Source: Roseateles depolymerans
GTDB lineage: Bacteria > Pseudomonadota > Gammaproteobacteria > Burkholderiales > Burkholderiaceae_C
Assembly (NCBI RefSeq): GCF_003387155.1
Contig: NZ_QUMT01000007.1
Location: forward strand, 88,912-152,911
Direction of reading: 5' to 3'
DNA length: 64,000 nt
The notes under the pieces are model-generated. The model worked only from the letters and a program-made list of their open reading frames with translations, was not told the DNA's origin and ran no database searches. The position numbers and the translations under genes were made by a program. This document shows, in pieces, positions 45,854-56,443 of this stretch. How positions within the stretch are numbered: position 1 is the stretch's first letter; every line of letters starts with the position of its first letter.

Positions 45854-47380
45854 TTACTCCTGCTCCTGTTGCGTGCGCGCGGCGGCGGTCTGGGCACCAT
45901 CGGCGGATGCGCCCGCTGCTGCGTTTTGACCGGTCTCCCGGCTGCCCAGCAGCGTCTTGCCGATGAAGCCGCCATCGGACGGCGGCGGCGCAATGATCAC
46001 CTGCACCTTGTCGGAGAGCTTGTCCGCCATCGCCTTCTGGATCAGCAGCGGATGGCGGCTCAGCAGCGCCCCTTCCGCCGCCATCTGCTCCACCGCCACC
46101 TTGCCGATGCGGGTCTGCCGATAGGCTTCGGCATCGGCCAGCTTTTCGCGGGCCTTGGCTTCGCCGTCCGCCTCGATGCTGCGAGCCTGCGCCGCACCTT
46201 CGGCCATGCGGATGCGGGACACCCGGTCGGCCTCGGCCTCCAGCTGGCGCTGCTCCACCTGACGCTGCTTGAACGGCAGCACGTGTTTCATCGCCTCTTC
46301 CTGGCCGCGGGCCGCAATGACCTGCTCACGGGCGGCCGCCTCCGCGGCAGTCTCGCGGCGCACCTTGTCGGCAGCGGCTTCCAGCTCGGTCTGGCGCACC
46401 TTCTTTTCCTGCAGCTCCAGCGTGTAGCGCATCTTCTCGCTGGCCAGGCCTTCGGACAGCAGCGTCTCCAGGCCGGTGCGGTAGTCCTGCGGCAGGTCCA
46501 CATTGCCGATCTGCACGCTGCGCAGCACGATGCCGTCCGCCGCCAGCTTGCTGCGCAGTTCCGCTTCCAACGCCTGCTGGATGGGGCCGCGCTGGGTGGA
46601 GAAGATCTCCCGCACCGTGTGGGTGGCGATCTGCCGGTAGACGATGCCCTGCAGCGCCGGGGCGATGACCTCGCCTTCGATGTCATCCGGCAGGCTGCTC
46701 GCCAGGGCGGCCATGCGGCTGCTGTCCAGCGCCCAGCGCACCGTCAGGTCCAGGCCCAGGGAGAGGCCTTCCAGCGACTGCAGCGGCGCTTCCCCGTCGG
46801 CACGGGCAAAACGGGTGGGCTGGTAGCTGCGGTCGCGCAGCGGCAGGTCCCGCACCGTGTGCAGGCCCGGCACCACCAGCAGCGTGCCGCTGCGGGCTTC
46901 CACGACGCTGCCGGTGAGCAGGTTCTGACGCACGCTCACTTCGCCGCGCGGCACCTCGTGGGCCGGCGGATGGGCCACCAGCAGGCCGATGGCAGCGGCC
47001 ACGGCGGTGACACCCAGCATCCACGGCGCACAGCGCAGCAGGCCGCGGCCGACGCGGCGCAAGCCTTCCCCAGACGACTGTCCGCCGGCAGAGCCAGCAA
47101 AGCCTGCGGCGCGTCCACCAGCGCCCTGACGGGCAGTCCTCTTGAACACGGCGTTCGACACCTTACCGAATGCGCCGGACAGCGATTCGCCCAGCCGCTT
47201 CACCCCCTGGGCCAACGCGGCACGTTGGGCCGAGGGCCCCGCCTGGCCGCCTTGATCGCTGCGGCCCTGCTCGGTGCCGCCGGTCGAGTCGGATGAACGG
47301 GAAGCCGCCGTATCGCTGGACGCAACCCCGCTTGGGGCGGCGGTCGGGTGCTTCGAGTCGGGCAGGTCAGGCTGGGTCAT
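45854..47380 (-). CDS. SPFH / band-7 (prohibitin/HflC-like) family membrane protein with a long disordered N-terminal region
   Basis: GGAGG Shine-Dalgarno before ATG 47380. TM WMLGVTAVAAAIGLLVA, SPFH domain, then an Ala/Glu/Arg-rich coiled-coil. Confidence 0.7.
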   Translation of the reverse strand: MTQPDLPDSKHPTAAPSGVASSDTAASRSSDSTGGTEQGRSDQGGQAGPSAQRAALAQGVKRLGESLSGAFGKVSNAVFKRTARQGAGGRAAGFAGSAGGQSSGEGLRRVGRGLLRCAPWMLGVTAVAAAIGLLVAHPPAHEVPRGEVSVRQNLLTGSVVEARSGTLLVVPGLHTVRDLPLRDRSYQPTRFARADGEAPLQSLEGLSLGLDLTVRWALDSSRMAALASSLPDDIEGEVIAPALQGIVYRQIATHTVREIFSTQRGPIQQALEAELRSKLAADGIVLRSVQIGNVDLPQDYRTGLETLLSEGLASEKMRYTLELQEKKVRQTELEAAADKVRRETAAEAAAREQVIAARGQEEAMKHVLPFKQRQVEQRQLEAEADRVSRIRMAEGAAQARSIEADGEAKAREKLADAEAYRQTRIGKVAVEQMAAEGALLSRHPLLIQKAMADKLSDKVQVIIAPPPSDGGFIGKTLLGSRETGQNAAAGASADGAQTAAARTQQEQE

Positions 47381-47541
47381 GAGGTCCTCCGGGATCGCCC
47401 CGGTCATTCGGGGCTGTGGTTGATGTCCGTCATGGTCCGCAGACACCGCGGAAGGCTCAATGCAGCCGCCGGCACATGTGTTCACACCCCGGAAGAAACC
47501 TTCACGCCGGGCCCTGCCGGGCCTGCTGATAATCCGACCCC

Positions 47542-48252
47542 ATGGCACATCCCAAGAACCGGGTGGCGGTGATCGAGGACGACCGCCCCACCAGCGAGCA
47601 ACTGGCCGGCTGGATCCGGGCCGCCCGCCCTGAACTGCAGGTCGACCAGTGGTTCGACCGCGACTCGGCCGAGGCCGCCCTCGCCCGCGAGGCCTACGAC
47701 ATGGTGGTGCTGGACATCGAGCTCGGCCGCGAGCGCCATGCCGGCGTGGCGCTGATCAATGCGCTCAACAAGCTCAATGCAGGCACGCCGGTGCTGGTGG
47801 TGTCGGCCATGCCGGCGGCCATCTACCGGGGCATCATGAAGGCCCTGGACGCCTGGGATTACCTGCAAAAGACCAGCTTCGACGAAGCCGAGTTCACCGA
47901 CACCTTCCTGGACATCCTGCGCGCCGCCCGCGCCCGGCCGGATGCCGCGCCGGTGGACAGCGCCCCGGAAGCGCTGCAGCTCGATCCGCTGTGGCAGCGC
48001 AGTCCGCTGTGGCGGGGCCAGCGCATCAACCTGCCGCTGACCGCGCAGCGCATCCTGGCCACGCTGCATCAGCGCGCGCCGCAGGTGGTGTCCTACGAAG
48101 AGCTGTATGACGTGGTCAAGAGTGGCCGCACCCGCGACAACGTGCGCAAGCATGTCTCGACGCTGCGGGAAGCGCTGCGCGAAGTGGACCCCGGCTTCGA
48201 CGCCATCGAGAACGTGCCGATGCGCGGCTTCCGCTGGTCCGGTCCGCGATGA
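47542..48252 (+). CDS. Two-component response regulator (REC plus winged-helix DNA-binding domain)
   Basis: VAVIEDDRPTSEQ...DMVVLDIELG...; C-terminal trans_reg_C-like region. Confidence 0.75.
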   Translation: MAHPKNRVAVIEDDRPTSEQLAGWIRAARPELQVDQWFDRDSAEAALAREAYDMVVLDIELGRERHAGVALINALNKLNAGTPVLVVSAMPAAIYRGIMKALDAWDYLQKTSFDEAEFTDTFLDILRAARARPDAAPVDSAPEALQLDPLWQRSPLWRGQRINLPLTAQRILATLHQRAPQVVSYEELYDVVKSGRTRDNVRKHVSTLREALREVDPGFDAIENVPMRGFRWSGPR

Positions 48253-50414
48253 GACTCGGCCCCGTCGAGCTGCCGGCCCTGGCTGTGCCGCGCCTGGGCC
48301 TGGCGGCCTTCCGCCGACGGCTGGTGGTGCATCTGGCCTTCCTGCTGCTGGCAGTGGCCACGGTGCTGCTGGTGCTCACCGTGCTCAAGGACCAGAAGCA
48401 ACGCAGCTACCAGCGGTATGCGCAGGGCTTCCGCCAGTCGCTGTCGGAGATCGTGCTGCAACTGCGGCATCCCAGCGGCCAGCTGGCACTGCTGAATCCG
48501 GAAATGGGCACGGGCGACGCCGCCGGCCAGACGCCGGTGATGCTGCCCTATTCCGCCATCGACTTCGACGACCAGAACAAAGCCCAGCGGGCGGTGGAGA
48601 TGGCCGGCTGCGGCCTGCGCTGGCCTGACGGCGCGAGTTTGTGCGTGGCGATTGGCTCCAATGCCTTTGCCGGTAGCTTTGTGTATGTGGTGGGGGGTCT
48701 GGACCTGCCGCTGCTGTCGGGCCGGGAGCGAGGTGCGCTGGACATCCGTCAGGTGCACCGCGCCCGGGTCACCTTGTCAGTGCCCGGCGGCGGGGAGACC
48801 TGGATCGCCCCCTTCGAGGCGATGGCCACCAACGGAGCGGGCAGCGCGGGCAGCCAGCGCGGTCGCCTGGCCGGGTTCGTCGAGACCGGGCCCGTGCTCG
48901 AGCGGCAGTCACGCCCGGTCCGGGAATTCCGGGGCTGGCTGTGGCGCGAAGGGCCCTGTGTGGAGGGCGAGCCCGCGGCCTCCGGCGGCGACTGTGCACG
49001 CCGCGCGTTTTATGCAATCCGCTTGCCGGTCGAAGCCTGGCGGGAATCGCTGTTCGAGCGCAGCCCTCCGGTGTGGCCGCCGGCGGACCTGGCCCGGACA
49101 CGGGTGCGGGTGGAGCTGCTCGGCCCCTCCAGCGACGACACCCGCCCTCCCCCGGTGCTGTTTGACAGCGCCCGCCCAGGCGCATCCCTGGCCCTGTCCC
49201 TGGACCGGCTGGGCGCGGGGCTGCAGCCGGGCGAGACCCTGCGCATCGACCGCCTGCCCAACAACCGTCTCAAGGCACCCCAGACGATCGCCGAGCGCCG
49301 CGGCCCGGATCTGCCCGAGCAGGCCGTGCCCTGGCTCATCCACCTGATCCGCCAGTTGCCGGTGGAGGGCATGGACGCCGAGGCGGGCCGCTGGCTGCAG
49401 GCCCGCGACGTGGTCACCGCGCCGAGCGGCCGCTACCAGTTGACGCTGCGGGGGGACCTGCGCAGCCTGGACCGGCAACTGGCCCTGGAAGCCCGCCCGC
49501 TGGCCTGGCTGGCCGCGGCCATGCTGGCGGCCATCGCGATGGCGTGGCTGCTGGTGGAGCTGGGGCTGATCCGGCGCATTGCGGTGCTCACGCGCCGCGC
49601 CGCCGCGGTCAGCTACAACATGCAGGATGCACGGGCCGACGCCCGCATCGGCGAGCTGGACGTGACCGACCTGCGCGGCAGCGACGAGCTGGGCATTCTG
49701 GCCGGCAGCCTGTCCGACCTGCTGCAGCGGGTGAAGGACGGCCTTCGCCGTGAGCAGTTGCGCGCCGAGCGGGAGCGCGACATGTGGCATGCGGTGGGGC
49801 ACGAGATCATGTCGCCGCTGCAGTCGCTGATGCTGCTGCATGGCGCGCCGGACGATCCGAGCCACCGGTATGTCCAGCGGATGCAGCAGGCGGTGAAGGT
49901 GCTGTATGGCAGTGCATCGCCCAGCGAGGCCCTGGCGGGCGCCGACCTGCATCCCGAGGCCCTGGACCTGGTGGCCTTTTGCGAGGACGTGGCCGCCAAT
50001 GCCCACTATGCGGGCATCGAGGCCGTGCAGTTCGAATCGCAGTTGCCCGGTCCGCAATGGGTACGTGCGGAGGCCTATGCGCTGGAAGATGCGGTCACCC
50101 ACATCCTGCGCAATGCGCAGCGTTATCGCGTGCACGGCACCGCCATTGCCCTGAGCCTTCATGCCGGTGAGGACGCCACCGTGGTGCTGGCCATCCGCAA
50201 CCAGGGGCCGCAGATCGACGCCGCGCTGCTGGACAAGGTGTTTGAATACGGCGTGTCCGATGCCGAGCCGCAGCCGGGTGGGGAGCGCCGCGGTCAGGGT
50301 CTCTTCGTGGCCAAGACCTACCTGTCCAAGATGGACGGCACCTTGCAGGCGCGCAACCTGCCGGACGGGGTGGTGTTCGAGCTGGGATTGCGCACCGTGA
50401 GCGCGCCCGTCTGA
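48249..50414 (+). CDS. Sensor histidine kinase with a large periplasmic sensor domain
   Basis: ATGA overlap with the upstream response regulator. H-box HAVGHEIMSPLQSL, HAMP-like linker, ATPase domain. Confidence 0.8.
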   Translation: MRLGPVELPALAVPRLGLAAFRRRLVVHLAFLLLAVATVLLVLTVLKDQKQRSYQRYAQGFRQSLSEIVLQLRHPSGQLALLNPEMGTGDAAGQTPVMLPYSAIDFDDQNKAQRAVEMAGCGLRWPDGASLCVAIGSNAFAGSFVYVVGGLDLPLLSGRERGALDIRQVHRARVTLSVPGGGETWIAPFEAMATNGAGSAGSQRGRLAGFVETGPVLERQSRPVREFRGWLWREGPCVEGEPAASGGDCARRAFYAIRLPVEAWRESLFERSPPVWPPADLARTRVRVELLGPSSDDTRPPPVLFDSARPGASLALSLDRLGAGLQPGETLRIDRLPNNRLKAPQTIAERRGPDLPEQAVPWLIHLIRQLPVEGMDAEAGRWLQARDVVTAPSGRYQLTLRGDLRSLDRQLALEARPLAWLAAAMLAAIAMAWLLVELGLIRRIAVLTRRAAAVSYNMQDARADARIGELDVTDLRGSDELGILAGSLSDLLQRVKDGLRREQLRAERERDMWHAVGHEIMSPLQSLMLLHGAPDDPSHRYVQRMQQAVKVLYGSASPSEALAGADLHPEALDLVAFCEDVAANAHYAGIEAVQFESQLPGPQWVRAEAYALEDAVTHILRNAQRYRVHGTAIALSLHAGEDATVVLAIRNQGPQIDAALLDKVFEYGVSDAEPQPGGERRGQGLFVAKTYLSKMDGTLQARNLPDGVVFELGLRTVSAPV

Positions 50415-50429
50415 TGCCAAGGAGAAGCC

Positions 50430-50804
50430 ATGCCGATGAATCCTCATTACGCCCTGACCGAGCCGCTGCGCGATGCGGTGGACACCCTGTCGCAGGAAGG
50501 CCCCGTGCTGGTGGAGTTTGGCGCGCCCTGGTGCCCGCACTGCCTGAGCGCCCAGGCGCTGCTGGAGTCCGCCTTCGAGGGCGGCCATCCGGACGTTCGC
50601 CACATCAAGGTGGAAGATGGCAAGGGTCAGGCGCTGGGACGCTCGTTCAAGGTCAAGCTCTGGCCGACGCTGATCTTCATGAAGGGCGGCCAGGAAGTGC
50701 AGCGCCTGGTGCGCCCCACCAGCGCGGATGAGATCCGGCGCGCCCTGCTGGCGATTGACGGACACGAGCAAGGGCCAGGCGATCGCGCGACAATCCGCCC
50801 ATGA
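50430..50804 (+). CDS. Thioredoxin-family protein
   Basis: WCPHC active-site motif. AGGAGA Shine-Dalgarno. Confidence 0.8.
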   Translation: MPMNPHYALTEPLRDAVDTLSQEGPVLVEFGAPWCPHCLSAQALLESAFEGGHPDVRHIKVEDGKGQALGRSFKVKLWPTLIFMKGGQEVQRLVRPTSADEIRRALLAIDGHEQGPGDRATIRP

Positions 50805-51505
50805 CTCAGACTGCCCATGTCCTGGTCCCCCAGGACGGCCCCCCGGAACTGCTGTTTGTGCTGCTGCATGGCGCCGGCGCGGACGGTGAACAGATGCGCC
50901 CGCTGGCCGAGGCGCTGCATCGCCAGTATCCGCGCGCGGCCCTGGTGATGCCCAACGGTTTCCAGCCTTTTGAGGGCATTCCGGGCGGCGGCGCCGGATT
51001 CCAGTGGTTCTCCGAACGCGGAGATGAAACGCTGCGGGCTTTGCAACTCTCCGCGGCCGTGCCGTCGCTGGTGGCCTTGGTGCGCCAGTGGGCGGAGAAG
51101 CTGTCGCTGACCTGGGACCGGGTGGCGCTGGGCGGGTTTTCGCAGGGTGCGATGCTGGCGCTGGAAGCGCTGCAGCAGGAAGAGGCGCTGGCCGGCCGGG
51201 TGCTGGCCTTTGCCGGCGGTTATGCCTACTGGCCGCAGCATGCGCCGCAGGACGTCTGCATCCACCTGCTGCATGGCAAGGACGACACCGAGCTGCCTTA
51301 TCCGCCGCTGCTGAGCGCCGCGCAGGAGCTGGTGTCGCTGGGCGCGGACATCACTGCGGACGTGTTGCCCCATGTGGGCCATGAGCTGCATCCGCAGTTG
51401 ATCGATCGGGCGATGGAGCAGCTGCGCACCTTCATCCCGGCACGCCTGTGGCGCGAGGCAGTCCTGACCGCCGCGGAGCAGGACAAGACCGAACCGAGAC
51501 ACTGA
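50801..51505 (+). CDS. Phospholipase/carboxylesterase family alpha/beta hydrolase
   Basis: LLHGAGADG...GGFSQGAML (GxSxG)...HVGHEL. Confidence 0.75.
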   Translation: MTQTAHVLVPQDGPPELLFVLLHGAGADGEQMRPLAEALHRQYPRAALVMPNGFQPFEGIPGGGAGFQWFSERGDETLRALQLSAAVPSLVALVRQWAEKLSLTWDRVALGGFSQGAMLALEALQQEEALAGRVLAFAGGYAYWPQHAPQDVCIHLLHGKDDTELPYPPLLSAAQELVSLGADITADVLPHVGHELHPQLIDRAMEQLRTFIPARLWREAVLTAAEQDKTEPRH

Positions 51506-51601
51506 ACGCGGCGGCCCCAGCGCTCGGTGTCACCGCTCGGCATGACCGCTCGGTGTCACCGCTCGGCATGACCGCTGCGCATGACCGTCCGGACGACTGC
51601 C

Positions 51602-53308
51602 TCAGTCCAGCGTCACTTCAGTCCGCACCGTTCCCGCACGTTCGGCGCTGGCCACCAGTTGCAGCCGCGTGCCTTGCGGTGCGCGCACCACCCACTCCGC
51701 CACCGCGCGGTCGCCAGTGATGTCCAGCTCCGGCAGGAAGGACAGTTGCGACTGCTGCGGCGCATGGCCCTCCAGCTGCGGGCCTTCCATGCGCGGCTTG
51801 CCACTGACCAGACTCACCGCCGGGTCCTCGGGCAGGAAGATCTCGAACATCACCCCCCGCACCTGCTTTCGGTTCAGCGCCTGCTTGGTCACATAGGCCG
51901 GCAGCCAGCCGCTGTTGGCCACCGCCAGCCGCACCCGCCAGGTGTCCGGCCCCAGCGCCCGTACTTCCGTGCGCAGCAGCTCCAGCTTGGGCAGGCTGAG
52001 CGCGATCTGCATCATCCACGCCGGGAACCGGGCCGCTTCCCGCTCGCGCAGGTGCGGCGGCGGATTGCGCCAGTAGTTCATCTTGTCCCAGCCACCGATC
52101 TCCACTTCGCCCAGTTGCGGATGGAGGAAGGGCTTCCAGTCGACATGGGCCTGCCCGTTGCAGGCCTCGTCGCTCCACTTCAGGAGCTTGAGATCGTCCT
52201 CCACCGGATGGTCGCGGAACCAGTCGATCCACTTGTAGCCGGACACGCCCGCTTCCTTGTTGGGCGACCACAGCTCCACCACCCAGAACAGCGCGCCCAG
52301 GTGCTCGTAGACCCAGTCCTGCGTGCCGGTCACCACTTCCTTGGGGTGGTACTTGAACTCGTGCCAGATGCTCACGACCGGATAGCCGGTGTGCTTTTCG
52401 CCGAGGGCCGAGAAGCGCTGGTAGGCCCAGAGGTCCTCGGGCGGCATGTCATCGTCCGAGCGGGTGCTGCAAGGACGCAGGATCACGCCGCTGTAGGTGT
52501 GAAAGCTGATGGCCGCGCCGATGTTGGGATGGCTCACCATGAAGTCCATCATGGCCCGCACTTCCGGCTCGCTGGCCGGATACGGACCAGCGCCCGGCTG
52601 CTCGAATTCCTGCCGCCAGCCGGCCGGAAAGTTCCGGTTCAGGTCCAGGCCCTCGACATCCTTGTTGACCTTGATCGTCAGCCCGTCGTGGTTGAGCACC
52701 AGCCCTTCCGGCATCAGCCGGTAGTACTCTCCGCCGAATTCACCGGGCTCGCGCGGCACCATCAGCCGCGGCTCCTGCGGATGCTTCTTGAAGCCGCCAT
52801 GCGGATCCCGCACCCGCATGGTGAGGATGCGGCCGTCGCCGTCGATGTCCTCCAGGGTCAGGCCCTCCACCGGTGGCTCGTCATAGGGATAGGGCCGTGT
52901 GGACGACCGGATGTGCCGGGGGCGATCCGCCAGGGCCAGCTCGGCGCCGTCGGGGTTCAGCCGCGGCACGAGGTAGATGGTGCGGGTGTCCAGCAACCGG
53001 GTCACCTGCGCATCCTGGCCGTAGTGGCTGACCAGATGATGCAGGTAGTAGAGGCAGGCGGTGCAGGCGGTCAGCTCGGCGGCGTGGATGTTGCCGTCCA
53101 GCCAGAAGGCCGGTTTGTCCACATCGGCGCCGGTGGCCGTGTTGGTGATGATGACGGCCCAGATGTCCCGCCCCTCATGGCTGCGACCGATGGAGCGCAC
53201 CGACACCAGGTTGGGCCGCGCCTGCACATAGGCCATCAACAGCTCCGTCAATGCTTCGTGCCGGGGGAATTCGTCGAAGCGGGGCGTGGGCAATGCGGTC
53301 ATGGACAT
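51602..53308 (-). CDS. M14 family zinc carboxypeptidase
   Basis: HAAELT / HTYSG zinc-ligand context typical of M14. 568 aa. Confidence 0.7.
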   Translation of the reverse strand: MSMTALPTPRFDEFPRHEALTELLMAYVQARPNLVSVRSIGRSHEGRDIWAVIITNTATGADVDKPAFWLDGNIHAAELTACTACLYYLHHLVSHYGQDAQVTRLLDTRTIYLVPRLNPDGAELALADRPRHIRSSTRPYPYDEPPVEGLTLEDIDGDGRILTMRVRDPHGGFKKHPQEPRLMVPREPGEFGGEYYRLMPEGLVLNHDGLTIKVNKDVEGLDLNRNFPAGWRQEFEQPGAGPYPASEPEVRAMMDFMVSHPNIGAAISFHTYSGVILRPCSTRSDDDMPPEDLWAYQRFSALGEKHTGYPVVSIWHEFKYHPKEVVTGTQDWVYEHLGALFWVVELWSPNKEAGVSGYKWIDWFRDHPVEDDLKLLKWSDEACNGQAHVDWKPFLHPQLGEVEIGGWDKMNYWRNPPPHLREREAARFPAWMMQIALSLPKLELLRTEVRALGPDTWRVRLAVANSGWLPAYVTKQALNRKQVRGVMFEIFLPEDPAVSLVSGKPRMEGPQLEGHAPQQSQLSFLPELDITGDRAVAEWVVRAPQGTRLQLVASAERAGTVRTEVTLD

Positions 53309-53427
53309 CCCTGGTCAGTCAAAGCGACCCAGGCATTGTGCCGACCGGCCCCAAGCCCTGGCCTCGGTCTAAACGCTAGGGCGCCGCAGCGCCAACGACC
53401 CGGCGTGCGGAAGCCGCCCGGCATGGC

Positions 53428-54288
53428 TCACTGCCCCTTGAACAGCCCCTGGAACTGGCGGGACACCGGCAGCTTTTCCGCACTGCCCTTGAGACTGAGC
53501 TGCATGGTGTTCTCGTCCAGACGGGTGGCACTGGCCACAAAGCGGCTGTTGACCACCACCGAGCGGTGCACCTGCCAAAAGAGGTGGGGGTCCAGGTCGG
53601 CCAGCAGTTCCTTCAGGGCGGTGCGAATCCAGGCTTCGCCATCGCGGTGGACGACGCGGGTGTAGCGGCTGTCACTCTGGAAGAACAGGACATCCTCCGG
53701 CGCGATCAGTTGCACCTCCCGGCCCTGGCTCGCCTGGATGGGACGCATCGGCGGGCGATGGGCGGGCAGCAGCTGGCGCAGCAGCTCCAGGGTCTGCGCG
53801 GTCATGCCGGTGCTGGCATGCTGGCCGGGATGCGGGTCGGGGTGTTGACCCGCATGGCGGTCAGCGCGAGGGTCGAGATCCGCCTGCGCCGACGCCCCAC
53901 CGCCTGTCGCAGTGGCCACCGGCAGACGCGCACGCAGGCGCTGCAGGCATTGCTCCAGCCGGTGGTCCTCCAAGGGCTTGAGCAGATAGTCCACCGCACC
54001 CGCCTCGAAGGCGGACAGGGCATGGTCCCCGTAAGCGGTGACAAAGACCACCTGGGGCGGCTCCGCCAGTTGGGCCAGGCGCTGGGCGACTTCCAGGCCC
54101 GACAGACCCGGCATGCGGATGTCCAGGAAACACAACTGAGGCTCCAGGGCGAGGCAGTCGTCCCAGGCGTCCACGCCGTTGGCGCTCTGGGCCACCAGGG
54201 TCAGGTCCGGGGCCAGACGAGCCAGGGCCGCGCGCAGTTGCTCGCGTGGGCCTTCTTCGTCATCCGCGATCAGGGTGGTGATGCTCAT
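53428..54288 (-). CDS. LytTR-family response regulator (REC plus LytTR DNA-binding domain)
   Basis: MSITTLIADDE...FLDIRMPGLSG...; C-terminal LytTR (VHRSVVVN). Confidence 0.8.
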   Translation of the reverse strand: MSITTLIADDEEGPREQLRAALARLAPDLTLVAQSANGVDAWDDCLALEPQLCFLDIRMPGLSGLEVAQRLAQLAEPPQVVFVTAYGDHALSAFEAGAVDYLLKPLEDHRLEQCLQRLRARLPVATATGGGASAQADLDPRADRHAGQHPDPHPGQHASTGMTAQTLELLRQLLPAHRPPMRPIQASQGREVQLIAPEDVLFFQSDSRYTRVVHRDGEAWIRTALKELLADLDPHLFWQVHRSVVVNSRFVASATRLDENTMQLSLKGSAEKLPVSRQFQGLFKGQ

Positions 54289-55490
54289 GGCCGGAGGTCC
54301 TCCTGGCGGGTCTTGAGGTCGTGGACGGGCGGGGGCTCGGGGGCCGCGCTGCGCGGCGTCTCAGGCACGGCGGCCTGACCGACAACCGGCTCCGCAAGCG
54401 GCCATTCGATCCAGGCCAGGCACCCTGGCGTGGCCGCCTCCAGCCCCATCTGCGCCGCGCCGCCGGACTGCGCGGCCAGCCGCTCGCGGGTGTTGTGCAG
54501 CCCCACCCCGTCGCAGGCCCCCGACACCAGCCCGGCGCCGCTGTCCTGCACTTCCAGCCGCAGCCAGCGGCTGTCCTGGGTGAGGCTCAGCGTCACGGCG
54601 ATGTGGCCCCCGCGCAGGCTGGGCTCGATGCCGTGGGTGATGGCGTTTTCCGCCAGCGTCAGCAGCGTGCCGGGCGGCAGCGTGGCCTGGATGAGCACAG
54701 GGTCCGGCACGGTCGTGCTATCGACCGTCCAGGTCAGCCGCGCGCCCAGCCGCGCCTGCATGATGTCCAGGTAGCTGCGCACGATCTGCAGTTCCTGCGC
54801 CACCGGAAGCCGGTCGTGCTCGAACATCGGCAGCGTGGCCCGCAGGTAGCGGGTGAGTGACCGCAGCAGCGGACCGCCGCGCGCATCCTGCGTGTCCACC
54901 CAGTGCTGCAGGGAAGCCAGGGTGTTGAAGAGGAAATGCGGCTGGATCTGCGCGGCCGCCAGGCGCTGCGCCATGGCCACGCGCTGCTGCTGCTCGTCCA
55001 GTTCACGAAGCCGGTTCTCCAGCTGCTGGGACCGGTAAATGGTCAGGAACCACCAGGACGACAGCATCACCGCCAGGCCCCCGGCCAGCAGCGGCATGGT
55101 GTCCCGCATCAGGCTCTTGTGGCCGGCGTTCACCATCAGGATGGGCACCATGGCGGCCAGCAGGCCCGCTCCCAGCGACGCCAGGTTGAAGCGCGCCCGG
55201 GTCGGTCGCCGCCACAGCCAGCGGCCCACGCCCAGGCCGGCAGCGGCGGCCGCCAGCGCCACCACCAGCACCGCGGTGGCCACCATGGCGGGCAGGAACT
55301 TGTAGAACAGCACCACCAGCACCACGACGTTGCTGTAGACGTAACAGTCGATGCCCAGCGACCAGCGCTGCGGGCCGACCCGCGCCAGTTCCGCCTCGGT
55401 GAAGGTGCGGCGCGGGCCGGGGAACAGCCATTGGGTCCAGTCGAAGCGGCGGGCGACAGGCATGGTGGGCAGGGTGGGCGTGGGATGCAT
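54285..55490 (-). CDS. LytS/YehU-type sensor histidine kinase
   Basis: Multiple TM helices; His_kinase motif IQPHFLFNTLASLQHWV; ATPase domain. ATGA overlap with the response-regulator start. Confidence 0.8.
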   Translation of the reverse strand: MHPTPTLPTMPVARRFDWTQWLFPGPRRTFTEAELARVGPQRWSLGIDCYVYSNVVVLVVLFYKFLPAMVATAVLVVALAAAAAGLGVGRWLWRRPTRARFNLASLGAGLLAAMVPILMVNAGHKSLMRDTMPLLAGGLAVMLSSWWFLTIYRSQQLENRLRELDEQQQRVAMAQRLAAAQIQPHFLFNTLASLQHWVDTQDARGGPLLRSLTRYLRATLPMFEHDRLPVAQELQIVRSYLDIMQARLGARLTWTVDSTTVPDPVLIQATLPPGTLLTLAENAITHGIEPSLRGGHIAVTLSLTQDSRWLRLEVQDSGAGLVSGACDGVGLHNTRERLAAQSGGAAQMGLEAATPGCLAWIEWPLAEPVVGQAAVPETPRSAAPEPPPVHDLKTRQEDLRP

Positions 55491-55632
55491 GATCGGGACA
55501 GGTGCAAGCCAGACTGCAGTCTAGGCAGGCCCCGGCCGGACAGCGCCTGCACTGCGGCGAACGGCGGGCTGGCGGGACGAGCAGCCGGAGCCGGACCTTG
55601 GACGGACCGGCGACCTGTTCATCCCGACCGGC

Positions 55633-56388
55633 TCAGCAGAGGGCTTCGCCGCCCTGGAAGACCTTGAGCTGGCCCGGCTCGATGGCGCACCAGGGCTCGT
55701 CGCGGGTCAGGGGTTCGGTGGCGACGATGGCAATGCGGTCGGCATCGGTCGTCTTGGCGGCCAGGTCGATGCTCAGGTCCTCATCCTGCAGGGTCACCGG
55801 GCCAAAGGGCGGGCGGCGCAGCAGGTAGTGCAGCCGGGTGGACCCATGCGCCCACAGCGCCTGGCCGTTGGACAGCAGCATGTTGAAGGTGCCATGGCGG
55901 TTGAGCTGAGGCAGCAGCTCCCGCAGGGTGTGGTTGAGCTCTTCGATGGCCGGCATGTCGGCATGGGCCTTGGCCAGCTCCTGCATCAGCCAGCAGAAGG
56001 CCCGCTCGCTGTCAGTCTGGCCCACCGGCCGGAAAGCCGCATGCAGACGCGGCTGGAAGGCCTTGAGGTCGCCGTTATGCGCAAACACCCAGTACCGGCC
56101 CCAGAGCTCCCGCACGAAAGGATGGGTGTTCTCCAGCGACACCACGCCCTGCGTGGCCTTGCGGATGTGGGCAATGACCACGTCGCTCTGGATGGGATAG
56201 TGCTTGACCAGCTCGGCCAGTGGCGACACGCGCGCGCTGTGGTGGTCCACGAAATGCCGCAAGCCGCGGCCTTCGAAGAATGCGATGCCGAAACCGTCCT
56301 TGTGTTCGTCGGCCCGTGTGGCAAGGCCCGCGAAGCTGAACATCACATCGGTGGGGCGGCGGGCATTCATGCCCATCAGCTGGCACAT
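55633..56388 (-). CDS. Class II glutamine amidotransferase (YafJ-like)
   Basis: From ATG 56388: MCQLMGMNARRP... (Cys2 nucleophile). GGAGTG Shine-Dalgarno. Confidence 0.7.
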   Translation of the reverse strand: MCQLMGMNARRPTDVMFSFAGLATRADEHKDGFGIAFFEGRGLRHFVDHHSARVSPLAELVKHYPIQSDVVIAHIRKATQGVVSLENTHPFVRELWGRYWVFAHNGDLKAFQPRLHAAFRPVGQTDSERAFCWLMQELAKAHADMPAIEELNHTLRELLPQLNRHGTFNMLLSNGQALWAHGSTRLHYLLRRPPFGPVTLQDEDLSIDLAAKTTDADRIAIVATEPLTRDEPWCAIEPGQLKVFQGGEALC

Positions 56389-56443
56389 CACGACACTCCG
56401 AAAGTCAGGCACCCGGTCTCATCCGGGGGTTCCTGATGATCGC

